From positions 568,974,001 to 569,038,000 of the forward strand of contig NW_027362765.1 in assembly GCF_046119375.1 (NCBI RefSeq): 64,000 nucleotides of DNA, in the 5' to 3' direction. A program made the translations under genes and the position numbers. The first letter of the stretch is position 1. Each line of letters starts with the position of its first letter. Of the stretch, positions 11,250 through 24,807 are shown one piece after another. The stretch is from Phyllobates terribilis (lineage: Eukaryota). Below the pieces are notes generated by a model that saw only the letters and a program-made list of their open reading frames with translations, did no database searches and was not told the DNA's origin.

Positions 11250-11851
11250 GTTGACGATAAGCCAACAGTGTGGGTGATAGGCCACTCGTATATATATTGG
11301 GCAGAAAAAAGGGCAAAAGTCCGCCAGGCGGGAGGAAATTAGAGTTTCATAACACATATTTCAACTGGAGAGGTATTAGAGGCCTGCAATGGCCACAGGT
11401 ACTAATGGAGGTAATCAAGGTAGGGAGAGAGGCAAGAGGTCCGGTCATCTTAGTTATACAGGACGGGGGAAACGACCTAGGTCATCACAAGAGCACATAA
11501 CTAATGGTAATAATGAAACTAGACACTGAGCGCTTCAGAGAATTTTTCACAAAACTAACTATAGTATGGTCAGAGATTGTGCCGATAGCGGTATGGCAAA
11601 GTGCGCGAGACATCACGGCCATCGAACGGACAAGGCGGGTAATAAATATTCGGATGGCAAAATTTAGAAGAGACAGAGGCGGTGTAGTGATACGACACCG
11701 ACAACTGGAAGGAGATAAAGCAGGCCTCATACGGCCTGACGGTGTTCACTTAATGGATATTGGACTGGACATATTCCTGTCAGGACTCCAGGACGGAGTG
11801 GAACAAGCGTTAAGAGTGTTGGATGGGGGTCAGAGTCCTGCATACGAGTAG
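11250..11851 (+). pseudogene. SGNH hydrolase ORF of Ngaro
   Basis: VWVIGHSYIYW, WRGIRG, GGNDLG, IVWSEI, DGVHL motifs. Confidence 0.8.
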
Positions 11852-12489
11852 GCAGGATCCTCCGTGGCCTGGAAATAAAAAGGACATGTTGGAGAGTTAC
11901 ACTTGTTGGCCAACTTGCCGGTGTGCAACAAGCTGAATTATTTTAGAAATAAAATGCCTTTCTAATGGAATGAGTATAAAGAGTTAATAAAGCTGTGACC
12001 GATCCTCACCCATCCAGTTGTAAGAGTTACATTATTGTATTGTCAAGGAAAGGGGGGCGATAGGGGGGCTGAGCGTCTGGGTTTGGTTAGGGGTCCCCAC
12101 AGTCTGCCTAGGCTATATGCAGTTAAAAATTCTTATTAGATGCACAGGCAGTGTAGCTTGTTTCAGAGCTGGGCAACTACGCTGACTAGCATACACTGAA
12201 GCTTTGGAGCAGACCTCTGAGTAAACAACTCTTCAGACTCAACCATCTGTGTTACCCCAAGCCATAGTGTATGTAGTTTTTTATGGTTAAAAGGGGGGTG
12301 GGGCGACCCAACCCACCTGGAATTGACGATGCCAACGTCACGTAAAACACAGCAAGGGGTCTTCAAAAAGCGTCTCCATTTTTTCCAAAAATTGTGGCAC
12401 AGACACCACTTAAGTGGCATCAATTGCCCCAGAGTTGCTAAAAACGGTTGGTGAGTTGATTTTAACAAATCCTCAACTTTTAGTCTCCC

Positions 12490-13775
12490 CAGGATGACAC
12501 AGGGGTAGAAAAGTCCTTGCGGATCCATGATTTGTTCATCTTTATGAACATGAGTCTGTCTACATTCTCAGTGGACAGCCGCGTGTGCAAAAGTCCTTGC
12601 GGATCCATGATTTGTTCATCTTTATGAACATGAGTCTGTCTACATTCTCAGTGGACAGCCGCGTGTGCTTATCTGTCAGCACACCACCAGCAGCGTTGAA
12701 CACACGATCAGAGAGAACGCTGGCTGCAGGACATGACAAGATCTCCAAGGCTTCCAAATTAGAAGCCCAAAATGAGCAAGGGTCCAGTGACACAGTCATG
12801 GCTTCGATGTTCACTTGGAGATACTCCTGTACCATCCTCTCTAGGCGTTCACTATGTGTCAGACTTCTTGTCTCCTGTGGCCTTGCAAAGGATGGTCTAA
12901 AAAAGTGGTGAAACGATTCCACAAAATTGATGTTACCAGCAGATACTGTGTTACTGTTGCGGTTTGAGTGATGAAGACTCGACAGTCCCACGGTTGGCAA
13001 GTTAGAACTGTGAGATTCACTACGTGCACCACTGGTGTTTTGTGGAAAAGCACATGTAAGATTCTGCAACAGCCTCTGCTGATACTCCTGCATGCGTGAA
13101 TCCCTTTCCATGGCAGGAATTATTTTGGCAAATTTACTTTTGTACCGGGGATCTAAGAGTGTGGCAACCCAGTAGTCGGGATTACTTCGAATTCTGACAA
13201 TCCGAGGGTCATGTTGCAGGTAGTGCAGCAAGAAGGCACTCATGTGTCTTGCGCAACCAGGAGGACCAAGTCCTTGTTGTGTTGGTAGTGAGGTAAGAAT
13301 CACGCTTCCTTCCTCTGCCCTATCCCCCCAAACTCGCACAACAGAAATGTGATCAAGGTCTCCCTCATCTGATGAGTCTTCCATGCCCATCGCCAGTTCG
13401 TCCTCCACTTCTTCCTCGGCTCCTGCACCTTCCTCAACAGTTTGGCTGCTACCATGTGCCCTGGTTAATCCCTCTCCCCCACCCTCCCATGCCTGTCGCC
13501 TTGGTGCTGCAGACCGTCTGGACCTTGGAGATGTTATCCCTTCCGCATACGACTCCTCCTCTACTTCCTCCACCTCCTCTTGTCCCACCACCTGACTCCG
13601 AATTCTGTTTAACGTGTGCTCCAGCATGTAAATCACCGGAATAGTCATGCTGATAATGGCATCGTCAGCACTAAACATCTTCGTCGCCATTTCAAAACTG
13701 TGCAAAAGGGTGCATAGGTCCCTGATCTGAGACCACTCCTGCAGCGTGATTTGCCCCACCTCTGGATCTCGTTGG
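12490..13775 (-). pseudogene. Older hAT copy: transposase C-terminal part (host of the nested insertion)
   Basis: ORF 12560-13759 with YWVATLLDPRYK and CPAASVLSDRVF; sequence continues at 27001. Confidence 0.9.
12509..12668. repeat. 80-bp tandem duplication at the transposase 3' end
   Basis: AAGTCCTTGCGGATCC starts at both 12511 and 12591. Confidence 0.9.
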
Positions 13776-14689
13776 TAGAGATGAGCGTTGTTCTACTCGA
13801 ACTGTTCGCCAATCTCAAATTCGAGCTGTTTTGGGCGGTGTTCGAGCCGTTCGGCGAACACGAACGATTTGAGAAAAATTCGGCTGTTCGAGGTTATGTT
13901 CGATAACCGTGCACCAAAATCATAACTGGATTTTTTCTCAGTAATGATGAAAATTAATGTTAATACGCAGTTTGAGTGTACAGCGGGGTGGGGGGAGGGG
14001 CAGGGGATGGATCTCTGCAGGAACAATGAAGATCTCCATTTTTTTTTTCTCTTTCCCGCATTTACAGTGGGGAGGTGCAATCTGTCAGCCTATCAGCAGC
14101 GCACACACGGAGCGAAGTGCTTTTTTTCACACAAGCAAGGGCATGTGTCATTGGCAGTGTATGTCACATGTCCTTGCCCTATAAGACCAAGCCATTTTCC
14201 CCGTCGCCACCATTTTCTCACTGCTGCAGCTGCGTGTTAGACGGCACCGCTGTTGCTGTGTGCGCTATACCTTGTTAATTTCAAGCCAATTTTCGCACAA
14301 ATCTACAGATAGCTTGGGAGTAGGGAATAGTTGTGATTGCAGTCCTTTTAAGGACTAGGTTACAGCATTTCCTACGACTTTTATCAGGCAGGTCTGTGCT
14401 CTTAAATAGATAGATTGTGGGAGTAAAGACTAATTGTAATTGCAGACCTTTTCAGGACTAGGTTACATCAGTTCCTATCAGTTTTTGCCAGGCAGGTCTG
14501 TGCCAGTGCTGTGCAAGTTTTTTTCACAGCATTTGGCTGAATCTAGCAAAGCTAATCCTTTTTGGCTTATTGCACAGTGTGTTTGTCAGTGGAGTAGCCT
14601 ATCTGTGTTGCAAGATATACCACCTGTGTATAGAATACCAATTTTTTTACTGCACCTAGTGAAGTAAAATCTTTTGGGCATAGCATCAT

Positions 14690-17600
14690 TCTATTAGTCC
14701 ATCTATACTGACCTCCATCAGGTTGCAAATTGAATATAATTTTTTTCTGCATCTAGCTCTGAAAAAATATTTGGGCTTCTAGCAGTGTGTGGGACTTGTT
14801 CTATTAGTCCATCTATACTGACCTCCATCAGGTTGCAAACTGAATATAATTTTTTTCTGCATCTAGCTCTGAAAAAATATTTGGCCTTCTAGCAGTGTGT
14901 GGGACTTGTTCTATTAGTCCATCTATACTGACCTCCATCACGCTGCAAGTTCAAAATAATTTTTTGTCTGCATCTAGCTCTGAAAAAATATTTGGCCTTC
15001 TAGCAGTGTGTGGGACTTTCTCTATTAGTCCATCTATACTGACCTCCATCAGGCTGCAAATTAAAAATAATTTTTATCTGCATCTACCTCTGAAAAAATA
15101 TTTGGCCTTCTAGCTGTGTGTGAGACTTGTTCTATTAGTCCATCTATACTGACCTCCATCAGGTTGCAAATTGAATATAATTTTTTTCTGCATCTAGCTC
15201 TGAAAAAATATTTGGCCTTCTAGCAGTGTGTGGGACTTTCTCTATTAGTCCATCTATACTGACCTCCATCAGGTTGCAAATTAAAAATAATTTAGATCTG
15301 CATCTAGCTCTGAAAAAATATTTGGCCTTCTAGCAGTGTGTGGGACTTTCTCTATTAGTCCATCTATACTGACCTCCATCAGGTTAAAAATTCAAAATAA
15401 TTTTTATCTGCATCTACTTCTGAAAAAATATTTGGCCTTCTAGCTGTGTGTGGGAATTGTTCTATTAGTCCATCTATACTGACCTCCATCAGGCTGCAAA
15501 CTGAATATAATTTTTTTCTGCATCTAGCTCTGAAAAAATATTTGGCCTTCTAGCAGTGTGTGGGACTTTCTCTATTAGTCCATCTATACTGACCTCCATC
15601 AGGTTGCAAATTAAAAATAATTTTTTGTCTGCATCTAGCTCTGAAAAAATATTTGGCCTTCTAGCAGTGTGTGGGACTTTCTCTATTAGTCCATCTATAC
15701 TGACCTCCATCAGGTTGCAAATTAAAAATAATTTATATCTGCATCTAGCTCTGAAAAAATATTTGGCTTTCTAGCAGTGTGTGGCACTTTCTCTATAAGT
15801 CCATCTATACTGACCTCCATCAGGTTGCAAATTCAAAATAATTTTTTGTCTGCATCTAGCAATGAAAAAATATTTGGCCTTCTAGCAGTGTGTGGGACTT
15901 TCTCTATTAGTCCATCTATACTGACCTCCATCAGGCTACAAATTAAAAATAATTTTTATCTGCATCTACCTCTGAAAAAATATTTGGCCTTCTAGCTGTG
16001 TATGGGACTTGTTCTATTAGTCCATCTATACTGACCTCCATCAGGTTGCAAACTGAATATAATTTTTTTCTGCATCTAGCTCTGAAAAAATATTTGGCCT
16101 TCTAGCAGTGTGTGGGACTTTCTCTATTAGTCCATCTATACTGACCTCCATCAGGTTGCAAATTAAAAATAATTTATATCTGCATCTAGGTCTGAAAAAA
16201 TATTTGGCCTTCTAGCAGTGTGTGGGACTTTCTCTATTAGTCCATCTATACTGACCTCCATCAGGTTGCAAATTAAAAATAATTTTTTGTCTGCATCTAC
16301 CTCTGAAAAAATATTTGGCCTTCTAGCAGTGTGTGGGACTTTCTCTATTAGTCCATCTATACTGACCTCCATCATGTTGCAAATTAAAAATAATTTTTTG
16401 TCTGCATCTAGCTCTGGAAAAATATTTGGCCTTCTAGCAGTGTGTGGGACTTTCTCTATTAGTCCATCTATACTGACCTCCATCAGGTTGCAAACTGAAT
16501 ATATTTTTTTCTGCATCTACCTCTGAAAAAATATTGGGTTTCTAGCTGTGTGTGGGACTTGTTCTATTAATCCATCTATACAGACCTCCATCAGGTTGCA
16601 AACTGAATATATTTTTTTTCTGCATCTACCTCTGAAAAAATATTTGGGCTTCTAGCTGTGTGTGGGACTTGTTCTATTAGTCCATCTATACTGACCTCCA
16701 TCAGGTTGCAAACTGAATATAATATTTTTCTGCATCTAGCTCTGAAAAAATATTTGGCCTTCTAGCAGTGTGTGGGACTTTCTCTATTAGTCCATCTATA
16801 CTGACCTCCATCAGGTTGCAAATTCAAAGTAATTTTTATCTGCATCTACCTCTGAAAAAATATTTGGCCTTCTAGCTGTGTGTGGGACTTGTTCTATTAG
16901 TCCATCTATACTGACCTCCATCAGGTTGCAAACTGAATATAATTTTTTTCTGCATCTAGCTCTGAAAAAATATTTGGCCTTCTAGCAGTGTGTGGGACTT
17001 TCTCTATTAGTCCATCTATACTGACCTCCATCAGGTTGCAAATTAAAAATAATTTATATCTGCATCTAGCTCTGAAAAAATATTTGGCCTTCTAGCAGTG
17101 TGTGGGACTTTCTCTATTAGTCCATCTATACTGACCTCCATCAGGTTGCAAATTAAAAATAATTTATATCTGCATCTAGCTCTGAAAAAATATTTGGCCT
17201 TCTAGCAGTGTGTGGTACTTTCTCTATTAGTCCATCTATACTGACCTCCATCAGGTTGCAAATTAAAAATAATTTTTTGTCTGCATCTAGCTCTGAAAAA
17301 ATATTTGGCCTTCTAGCAGTGTGTGGGACTATCTATATTAGTCCATCTATACTGACCTCCATCAGGTTGCAAATTAAAAATAATTTATATCTGCATCTAG
17401 CTCTGAAAAAATATTTGGCCTTCTAGCAGTGTGTGGGACTTTCTCTATTAGTCCATCTATACTGACCTCCATCAGGTTGCAAATTAAAAATAATTTTTTG
17501 TCTGCATCTAGCTCTGAAAAAATATTTGGCCTTCTAGCAGTGTGTGGGACTTTCTCTATTAGTCCATCTATACTGACCTCCATCAGGTTGCAAATTAAAA

Positions 17601-18610
17601 ATAATTTTTTGTTTGCATCTAGCTCTGAAAAAATATTTGGCCTTCTAGCAGTGTGTGGGACTTTCTCTATTAGTCCATCTATACTGACCTCCATCAGGTT
17701 GCAAATTAAAAATAATTTTTATCTGCATCTAGCTCTGAAAAAATATTTGGCCTTCTAGCAGTGTGTGGGACTTTCACTATTAGTCCATCTATACTGACCT
17801 CCATCAGGTTGCAAATTAAAAATAATTTTTTGTCTGCATCTAGCTCTGAAAAAATATTTGGCCTTCTAGCAGTGTGTGGGACTTTCTCTATTAGTCCATC
17901 TATACTGACCTCCATCAGGTTGCAAATTAAAAATAATTTTTATCTGCATCTAGCTCTGAAAAAATATTTGGCCTTCTAGCAGTGTGTGGGACTTTCTCTA
18001 TTAGTCCATCTATACTGACCTCCATCAGGTTGCAAACTGAATATATTTTTTTTCTGCATCTACCTCTGAAAAAATATTGGGCTTCTAGCTGTGTGTGGGA
18101 CTTGTTCTATTAATCCATCTATACAGACCTCCATCAGGTTGCAAACTGAATATAATTTTTTTCTGCATCTACCTCTGAAAAAATATTTGGGCTTCTAGCT
18201 GTGTGTGGGACTTGTTCTATTAGTCCATCTATACTGACCTCCATCAGGTTGCAAACTGAATATAATTTTTTTCTGCATCTAGCTCTGAAAAAATATTTGG
18301 CCTTCTAGCAGTGTGTGGGACTTTCTCTATTAGTCCATCTATACTGACCTCCATCAGGTTGCAAATTAAAAATATTTTTTTGTCTGCATCTAGCTCTGAA
18401 AAAATATTTGGCCTTCTAGCAGTGTGTGGGACTTTCTCTATTAGTCCATCTATACTGACCTCCATCAGGCTGCAAATTAAAAATAATTTTTATCTGCATC
18501 TACCTCTGAAAAAATATTTGGCCTTCTAGCCGTGTGTGGGACTTGTTATATTAGTCCATCTATACTGACCTCCATCAGGTTGCAAATTGAATATAATTTT
18601 TTTCTGCATC
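14690..18610. repeat. ~110-bp VNTR, ~35 copies, upstream of the transposase
   Basis: Head-to-tail TCTATTAGTCCATCTATACTGACCTCCATCAGGTTGCAAA... units with no spacers. Confidence 0.97.
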
Positions 18611-18728
18611 TAACCCAGCCAATAGTTTTGGCCTAATACCACAGTTTGGCCACTCAGCTCTGCTCGGTTCCCATCCATTGTTTTTTTGTGCAAACAACTC
18701 CAGAGTTGTGAATTAGTTAACCACCAAA

Positions 18729-21700
18729 ATGAGTGGAAAAAGGCCTGCTGCTGGTGGAAAGGGGAATAGGCATGTTGGGAAGGGGAAAAAAGGTTGTGTC
18801 CGTGGGGTAGGTGTTAAAGCAACAGTAACATCTGCAGAAGAAAGACCATCTTCCAGCCAAACTAAAATGTCTACTTCTTTTAGCGGACAATGTGATAAGA
18901 TCCCTTTCTTACGGCCACGCCAATCGCTACAAATTCCAGATGAGGCACAAAAACAGCAGGTGCTTCAACGGATATCAAGTGCTCCTTTAAGTGGGCTCTC
19001 CTCCACATCAATTTCAACATCACAAATACTCCAGTCCTCAAAGGTGTCATCCCAATCGCACTTGCTTCCTCACAGCTCCCAAATCTCCAGCTGCCCGTCT
19101 GAGTATGAGGTAGAACAGATGGTTGAGTCTGCAGAGCTGTTTACTCATACTATAGCCTGGGAATCAGAGGTCGACTCCAGCGCTTCTGTGAATCCAGACG
19201 AGGAAATGATCTGCACTGATGCCCAGAATCTTTATGAGTCGGATCCAGGACCAGACGCAGAACGTTCTGACCATAATGTAGACCCTCATTCCCAAACTGT
19301 AACTCCTGTTCGTGGAGACAATGAGGAAGACGATGATGAGACTCAAATACCTGATTGGAGCGACAACTTTAGTTTTTTGTCAGGGCAGGAACAGGTTGGC
19401 TCTGAGGACGACGGGTGTGATAACGCACAGGGTGATGATGATGAGGTTGGAGATCCCACTTACTGTCAACCCACAGTCAGCCAAGAGATGAGGTCAGCAG
19501 AGGAGGTGGAGGAAGATGCTAGTGACGATGAGGTCAGGTTGCGCCTTCCTGGACAGAGACGTAGTACTGGAAGCACGTCAACAACTGCATCCTCAAACAC
19601 AACTCTGCCTCTCACCACAAGTCGTGGTGGCTCTTCAGGTCGCATGGGTGCTAAGCCTTGCATAGCCTGGGCATTTTTTCAGATCGATAAAGATGACCCA
19701 ACTCGTGTTATCTGTAACATTTGTCAGCAAAAGCTAAGTAGAGGCCAAAAAATACATAGTTTGAGTACTTCATGCATGAACCGGCACATGGACATGAAGC
19801 ATAAGTTGCAGAGGGAAGCGCAGTGTGCTACAATGCAGCCTAGCCGGCCGGGCCAACCACCGTCTGCCATATCTTGTGCATCCGCGGCCTCTTCATCCTC
19901 TGTGACTGGGGGGACAGCAGTCACACCTGTTTTGGGGCGCAGACCTGCTACCTCTTTACCCGCAACAGCCAGCGTGATTGGCAGGTCATCATTTTCTTTG
20001 GAGGTGGTAAAACCAGCTGGTGTTGAGCGCTGTCCGACATCGATAGCACCACCTTTGGATCAAGGCAACCTAACATGTCCGCCTGCATCTTCCTCACAGA
20101 CCGGCAGTTTGCCGGGGACACCCTTATCAACCCCGTCTAAGCACAATAGCCAGCCCTCGGTCCCTCAGATGTGGACAAGTAAAAGACCATTTCCTCCTAG
20201 CCATGAGAAAGCTAAGAGGTTGAATTTCACCATCTGCAAGCTCTTGGCTACAGAAATGCTGCCTTTCCGCCTGGTGGACACAGAGGATTTTCGAGACCTT
20301 ATGTCCGTCGCAGTGCCCCAGTACCAGATGCCCAGTCGGCACTACTTCTCAAAGAAAGGTGTTCCTGCGCTCCACCAGCATGTCGCACACAACATCACCG
20401 CTTCTTTGAGAAACTCTGTGTGTGACAGGGTGCATTTCACCACAGACACTTGGACGAGTAAGCATGGACATGTCGCTGACTGGGCACTGGGTAACTATGG
20501 TGACAGCAGGACAAGGGGCTGCTGTCCAAGTCTTGCCGTCCCCACGAGTTGTGCGTCAATCCTCTTTATGTCAAAGTTCCTCCACTGCTTCTGCCTCCTC
20601 AACCTCCTCTCGGTCTTCCACCTGCACCCAAAGTCTGTCTGGTCATGCCACAAGCTTTCTAACTGCGCAGAAGTGATCCTGCACACCTCCTTACTATGCT
20701 GGCAGTAGGGCTCAACGTCATCAGGCAGTTTTTACTTTGAAATGTCTGGGAAATGTGAGTCACACATCTGAGGAGTTGTGGTCAGCTCTGGAGAACCAAT
20801 TTCATGAATGGTTGTCTCCACTGGACCTGAAACCAGGGAAGGCCGTGTGCGACAATGCTGCAAACCTGGGTGCGGCCCTTCGCCGGGGCAATGTCACACA
20901 CGTGCCTTGTATGGCTCACGAATTGAACCTGGTTGTCCAGCAATTTTTAGCCCACTATCCCAGACTAGATGGCCTTCTGCAGAGGGCACGGTCGCTGTGT
21001 GCTCACTTCCGCCGTTCGCATCCCGCAGCTCAGCGACTTACATCTCTACAGAAGTCGTTGGGCCTGCCACTTCACCGGCTAAAATGCGATGTGCCTACCT
21101 GGTGGAATTCAACTCTGCACATGTTGCAGCGACTGTGGCAGCACTGACAAGCCCTGGTGCAATACGTTCTGACGTATAGCCTGGGCCAACGAGATCCAGA
21201 GGTGGGGCAAATCACGCTGGAGGAGTGGTCTCAGATCAGGGACCTATGCACCCTTCTGCACAGTTTTGAAATGGCGACGAAGATGTTTATTGCTGACGAT
21301 GCCATTATCAGCATGACTATTCCGGTGATTTACATGCTGGAGCACATGTTAAACAGAATTCGGAGTCAGGTGGTGGCACAAGAGGAGGTGGAGTAAGTAG
21401 AGGAGGAGGAGTTGTATGCGGAAGGGCTAACATCTGCAAGGTCCAGACGGTCGGCAGCACCAAGGCGGCAGGCATGTGAGGGTGGGGGAGATGGTTTTAC
21501 CAGGGCACATGGTAGCAGCCAAACTAGTGAGGAAGGTGCAGGAGCCCAGGAAGAAATGGAGGACGAACTGATGGAAGACTCATCAGATGAGGGAGACCTT
21601 GATCACATTTCTGTTGTGCGAGGTTGGGGGGAGAGGACAGAGGAAGGAAGCATGATTGTTACCTCGCCACCAACACAACAGGGACTTGGTGATCCTGGAT

Positions 21701-22425
21701 GCGCAACACACATGAGTGCCTTCTTGCTGCACTACCTGCAACATGACCCTCGAATTGTGAGATTTAGAATTAATCCTGACTACTGGGTTGCCACACTGTT
21801 AGATCCCCGGTACAAAAGTAAATTTGCAGAAATTATTCCTGCCATAGAAAGGGATGCACGCATGCAGGAGTATCAGCAGAGACTGTTGCAGAATCTTACA
21901 TGTGCTTTTCCACAAAACACCAGTGGTGCACGTAGTGAATCTCACAATTCCAACTTGCCAACCGTGGGACCGTCAAGTGTTCAGCACTCAAACCGTAACA
22001 GAACCACAGTATCTGCTGGTAACATCAATTTTGCGGAATCATTTCACCACTTTTTTAGCCCATCCTTTGCAAGGCCACAGGAAACAAGAAGTCTGACACA
22101 TAGTCAACGCCTAGAGACGATGGTACAGGAGTATCTCCAAGTAAACATTGAAGCCATGACTGTGTCACTGGACCCTTGCTCTTTTTGGGCTTCCAATCTG
22201 GATAAATGGCCGGAGCTAGCCACTTACGCCTTGGAGATCTTGTCATGCCCCGCAGCCAGCGTTCTGTCTGAACGTGTGTTCAGCGCTGCTGGTGGTGTGC
22301 TGACAGATAAGCGCACGCGGCTCTCCACTGATAATGTAGACAGACTCACGTTCATAAATGAACAAATCATGGATCCGAAACGACTTTTCTACCCCTGTGT
22401 CATCCTGTGGAGAGTAAAAGCTTGA
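18729..22425 (+). pseudogene. hAT (ZBED-like) transposase with BED finger, DDE core and dimerisation domain; several lesions
   Basis: BED (WAFF...CNIC...MNRHMDMKH), FTTDTW, CDNAAN, SERVFS; 11-bp deletion near 20470, stops at 21145 and 21394, frameshift near 22358 relative to copy B. Confidence 0.92.
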
Positions 22426-22449
22426 TGATTGGTTAAAATCACCTCACCA

Positions 22450-22740
22450 ACCGTTTTAAGCTTTCAAATTACTAATCATGTTTATCTGTATCTTGGCTGG
22501 AAAATAATTTGGGCTTTGTAGCATTTCAGCACTGATTCTATTAGGCCATCTATAATAAGCTCCACCAGATTTAAAATTACTAATCATGTTTATCTGTATC
22601 TTGGCTGGAAAATAATTTGGGCTTTGTAGCAGTGTGCAGCACTGATCCTATTAGGCCATCTATACTAAGCTCCACCAGATTTAAAATTAATAATAATTTT
22701 TAGCTACATCTAGCCCGGAAAATAATTTTGGGGCTCCGAG
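22450..22740. repeat. ~109-bp tandem units downstream of the transposase (~2.6 copies)
   Basis: AAATTACTAATCATG at ~22466 and ~22575; related to the upstream VNTR unit. Confidence 0.8.
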
Positions 22741-22854
22741 ATGCGCAAGACACATAAGTGCCTTCTTGCTGCACTACCTGCAACATGACCCTCATATTGT
22801 CAGAATTCGAAGTAATCATGACTACTGGGTTGCCACACTCTTAGATCCCCCAAA

Positions 22855-24223
22855 CTTTTCGATCAACCTTTTCATTTTAATAAAGACCAAAAAAATGGTC
22901 ATTTTTGAAATTATAAGCATTAGCAGGTTATTAGAAACTGAAATCAAACAGTTTTCAACTCAAAACTTTATTCTAGGTGATGTTATATTTTCACATAGGA
23001 CCACTTGTTCGAAAGGAGCTTCTGAACTCTCTCGTCCATTGAATTTGTCAGGTTTTGGATGGTTTCTGCTTCAATTGTTTTGCATGAGGACAGAATACCC
23101 TCCCAGAGCTGTTGCTTAGATGTGAACTGCCTCCCGCTATCATAGACACTCCTTTTGATGATGCTCCAGAGGTTCTGAATGGGGTAGAGGTCAGGGGAGC
23201 ATGGGGGTCACACCATAAGTTTGTCCCCTTTTATGCCCACATCAGCCAGAGATGAAGATGTGTTATGTGCAGCATGAGATGGTGCATTATCATGCATAAA
23301 AATGATCTTGCTGTGGAATACACGGTTATTCTTCTTGAACCATGGCAGGAAGTGCTGTTTGAGAAAATCCACATACATTATGGAGTTCATCTTTACCCCT
23401 TCAGGGATCCTAAAGGGGCCGACAATCTCTCTCCCCATGATTCTAGCCCAAAACATTACTCCACCTCCTCCTTGTTGGCGCTGTAGCCGTGTTTATGTGG
23501 GGTGTCCATCAACCAGCCATCCTCCACTCCATCCATCTGGACCATCGAGCGCTGCACGGCACTCATCCGTGAACAAAACAGTTTTGAAATCAGTCTTCAT
23601 GTAATGTTTGGCCCACTGGAGCCGTTTCTGCTTGTGTGAAGTGGATAGAGGAGTTCGATAGGATGGTGTATGCACAGCTGCAAACCTCTGAAGGACCCTG
23701 CATCTTGTTGTTCGGGGTACGTTGGAGGCACCAGCAGCTTCAAAAACTTGTCTGCTGCTATGACAAGGCTTTTTTGCCACTGCTCTTTTAACCTGACGTA
23801 ATTGCCTGTAGGAAAGAGTCCTCAATTTGCCCTTATCAGCACGCACACGTGTGTACTGTGAATCAGCTACATACTTCTTGATTGCCAAGACACTTCATCC
23901 TGATCATCGCACAATGTTGATTGTAGTCATGCCTTGACCTAAACACTCCACAATTTGTTGCTTCTCAACAGCCGACACATCCTTTTTCTTTCCCATTTTG
24001 GCAGAAAATGTAGGCTGCTTAATAATGTGAGACAGCCTTCTTAAGTAGTCTTGCCTTTCATTGGACACACCTGCCAAACTAATTAGCACAGGTGTCTGCA
24101 ATTGCTTACAGTGATATAAAGAGCCCTGACACACATCACCATCAATAAGTTTAACTGACAAACAAACAAATTCTTCCCTTACCACTCCTAAACACTTTTT
24201 GCATAATAATTTGGAACACAGTG
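22855..24223 (-). mobile_element. Tc1 (DD34E-type) element carried inside copy A; one TIR lost
   Basis: TIR CACTGTGTTCCAAATTATTATGCA next to TA; MGKKKDVS start, FTDE, HDNAPSH; flanked by pieces of a second hAT transposase fragment (22735-22850, 24224-24295). Confidence 0.88.
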
Positions 24224-24295
24224 TACATGTGCTTTTCCACAAAACACCAGAGGTTCACGTAGTGAATCTTACAGTTCTAACTTGCCAACCGTGGT

Positions 24296-24748
24296 CTGTA
24301 TGGAGTTGTTCAATAAAGGGCCCAAAATTAAGATAACATAGATGGGAGAGGTCTCTATGAATAGGAATTCCTAAGTATTTGATACCCTGTGAGGGCCAGA
24401 CAAAGGGAAAGTTGGACTGGATGGAATCCTGTATGGATTTGGGCAGGGAGACATCGAGGGCCTCAGACTTCGCTGCATTGATTTTAAAATTTGACCATGT
24501 AACAAAGTGATCTATTTCAGCCATAACAGCATGGATGGATATATGTGATTGAGTGATATATACTAGGACATCATCAGCAAATAGAGAGCACTTGTACTCG
24601 GTGCCTCCCACCTCAATCCACCTAATATTGGGGTTATGGCGAATTGATGAGAGCAGGTGCTCCGTCACTAGGATGTATAAGAGAGGGGACAGAGGACATC
24701 CCTGCCTTGTCCCATTGGTGATTGTGAAAGGTGATGAAAATGTTCTGA
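24296..24748 (-). pseudogene. L1-clade reverse transcriptase fragment
   Basis: FTITNGTRQGCPLSPLLY...LFADDVLVY...KYLGI motifs. Confidence 0.88.
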
Positions 24749-24807
24749 TGCACCCCCTGGGCCTTGGGACACCCGGAGCCGGACCCTTTTTGGTGGATGC
24801 TGGTGGT

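Larger units (their letters stand above)
10031..12120 (+). mobile_element. Ngaro/DIRS tyrosine-recombinase retrotransposon, 3' half (decayed)
   Basis: Ordered remnants of RNase H, tyrosine recombinase and SGNH hydrolase. Confidence 0.85.

Noticed and set aside
14895-18529. Repeated MCGTFSISPS... and MEVSIDGL... ORFs
   Set aside because: Translations of the VNTR; the 110-bp period shifts frame and stops recur.
14690-18610. CRISPR-like array
   Set aside because: Units are contiguous ~110-bp copies without unique spacers; no cas genes; eukaryotic transposon context.
22766-23119. 117-aa ORF (also 54038-54391) as a novel fusion protein
   Set aside because: Chance read-through from an hAT fragment into antisense Tc1 sequence; no start context or coherent domain.
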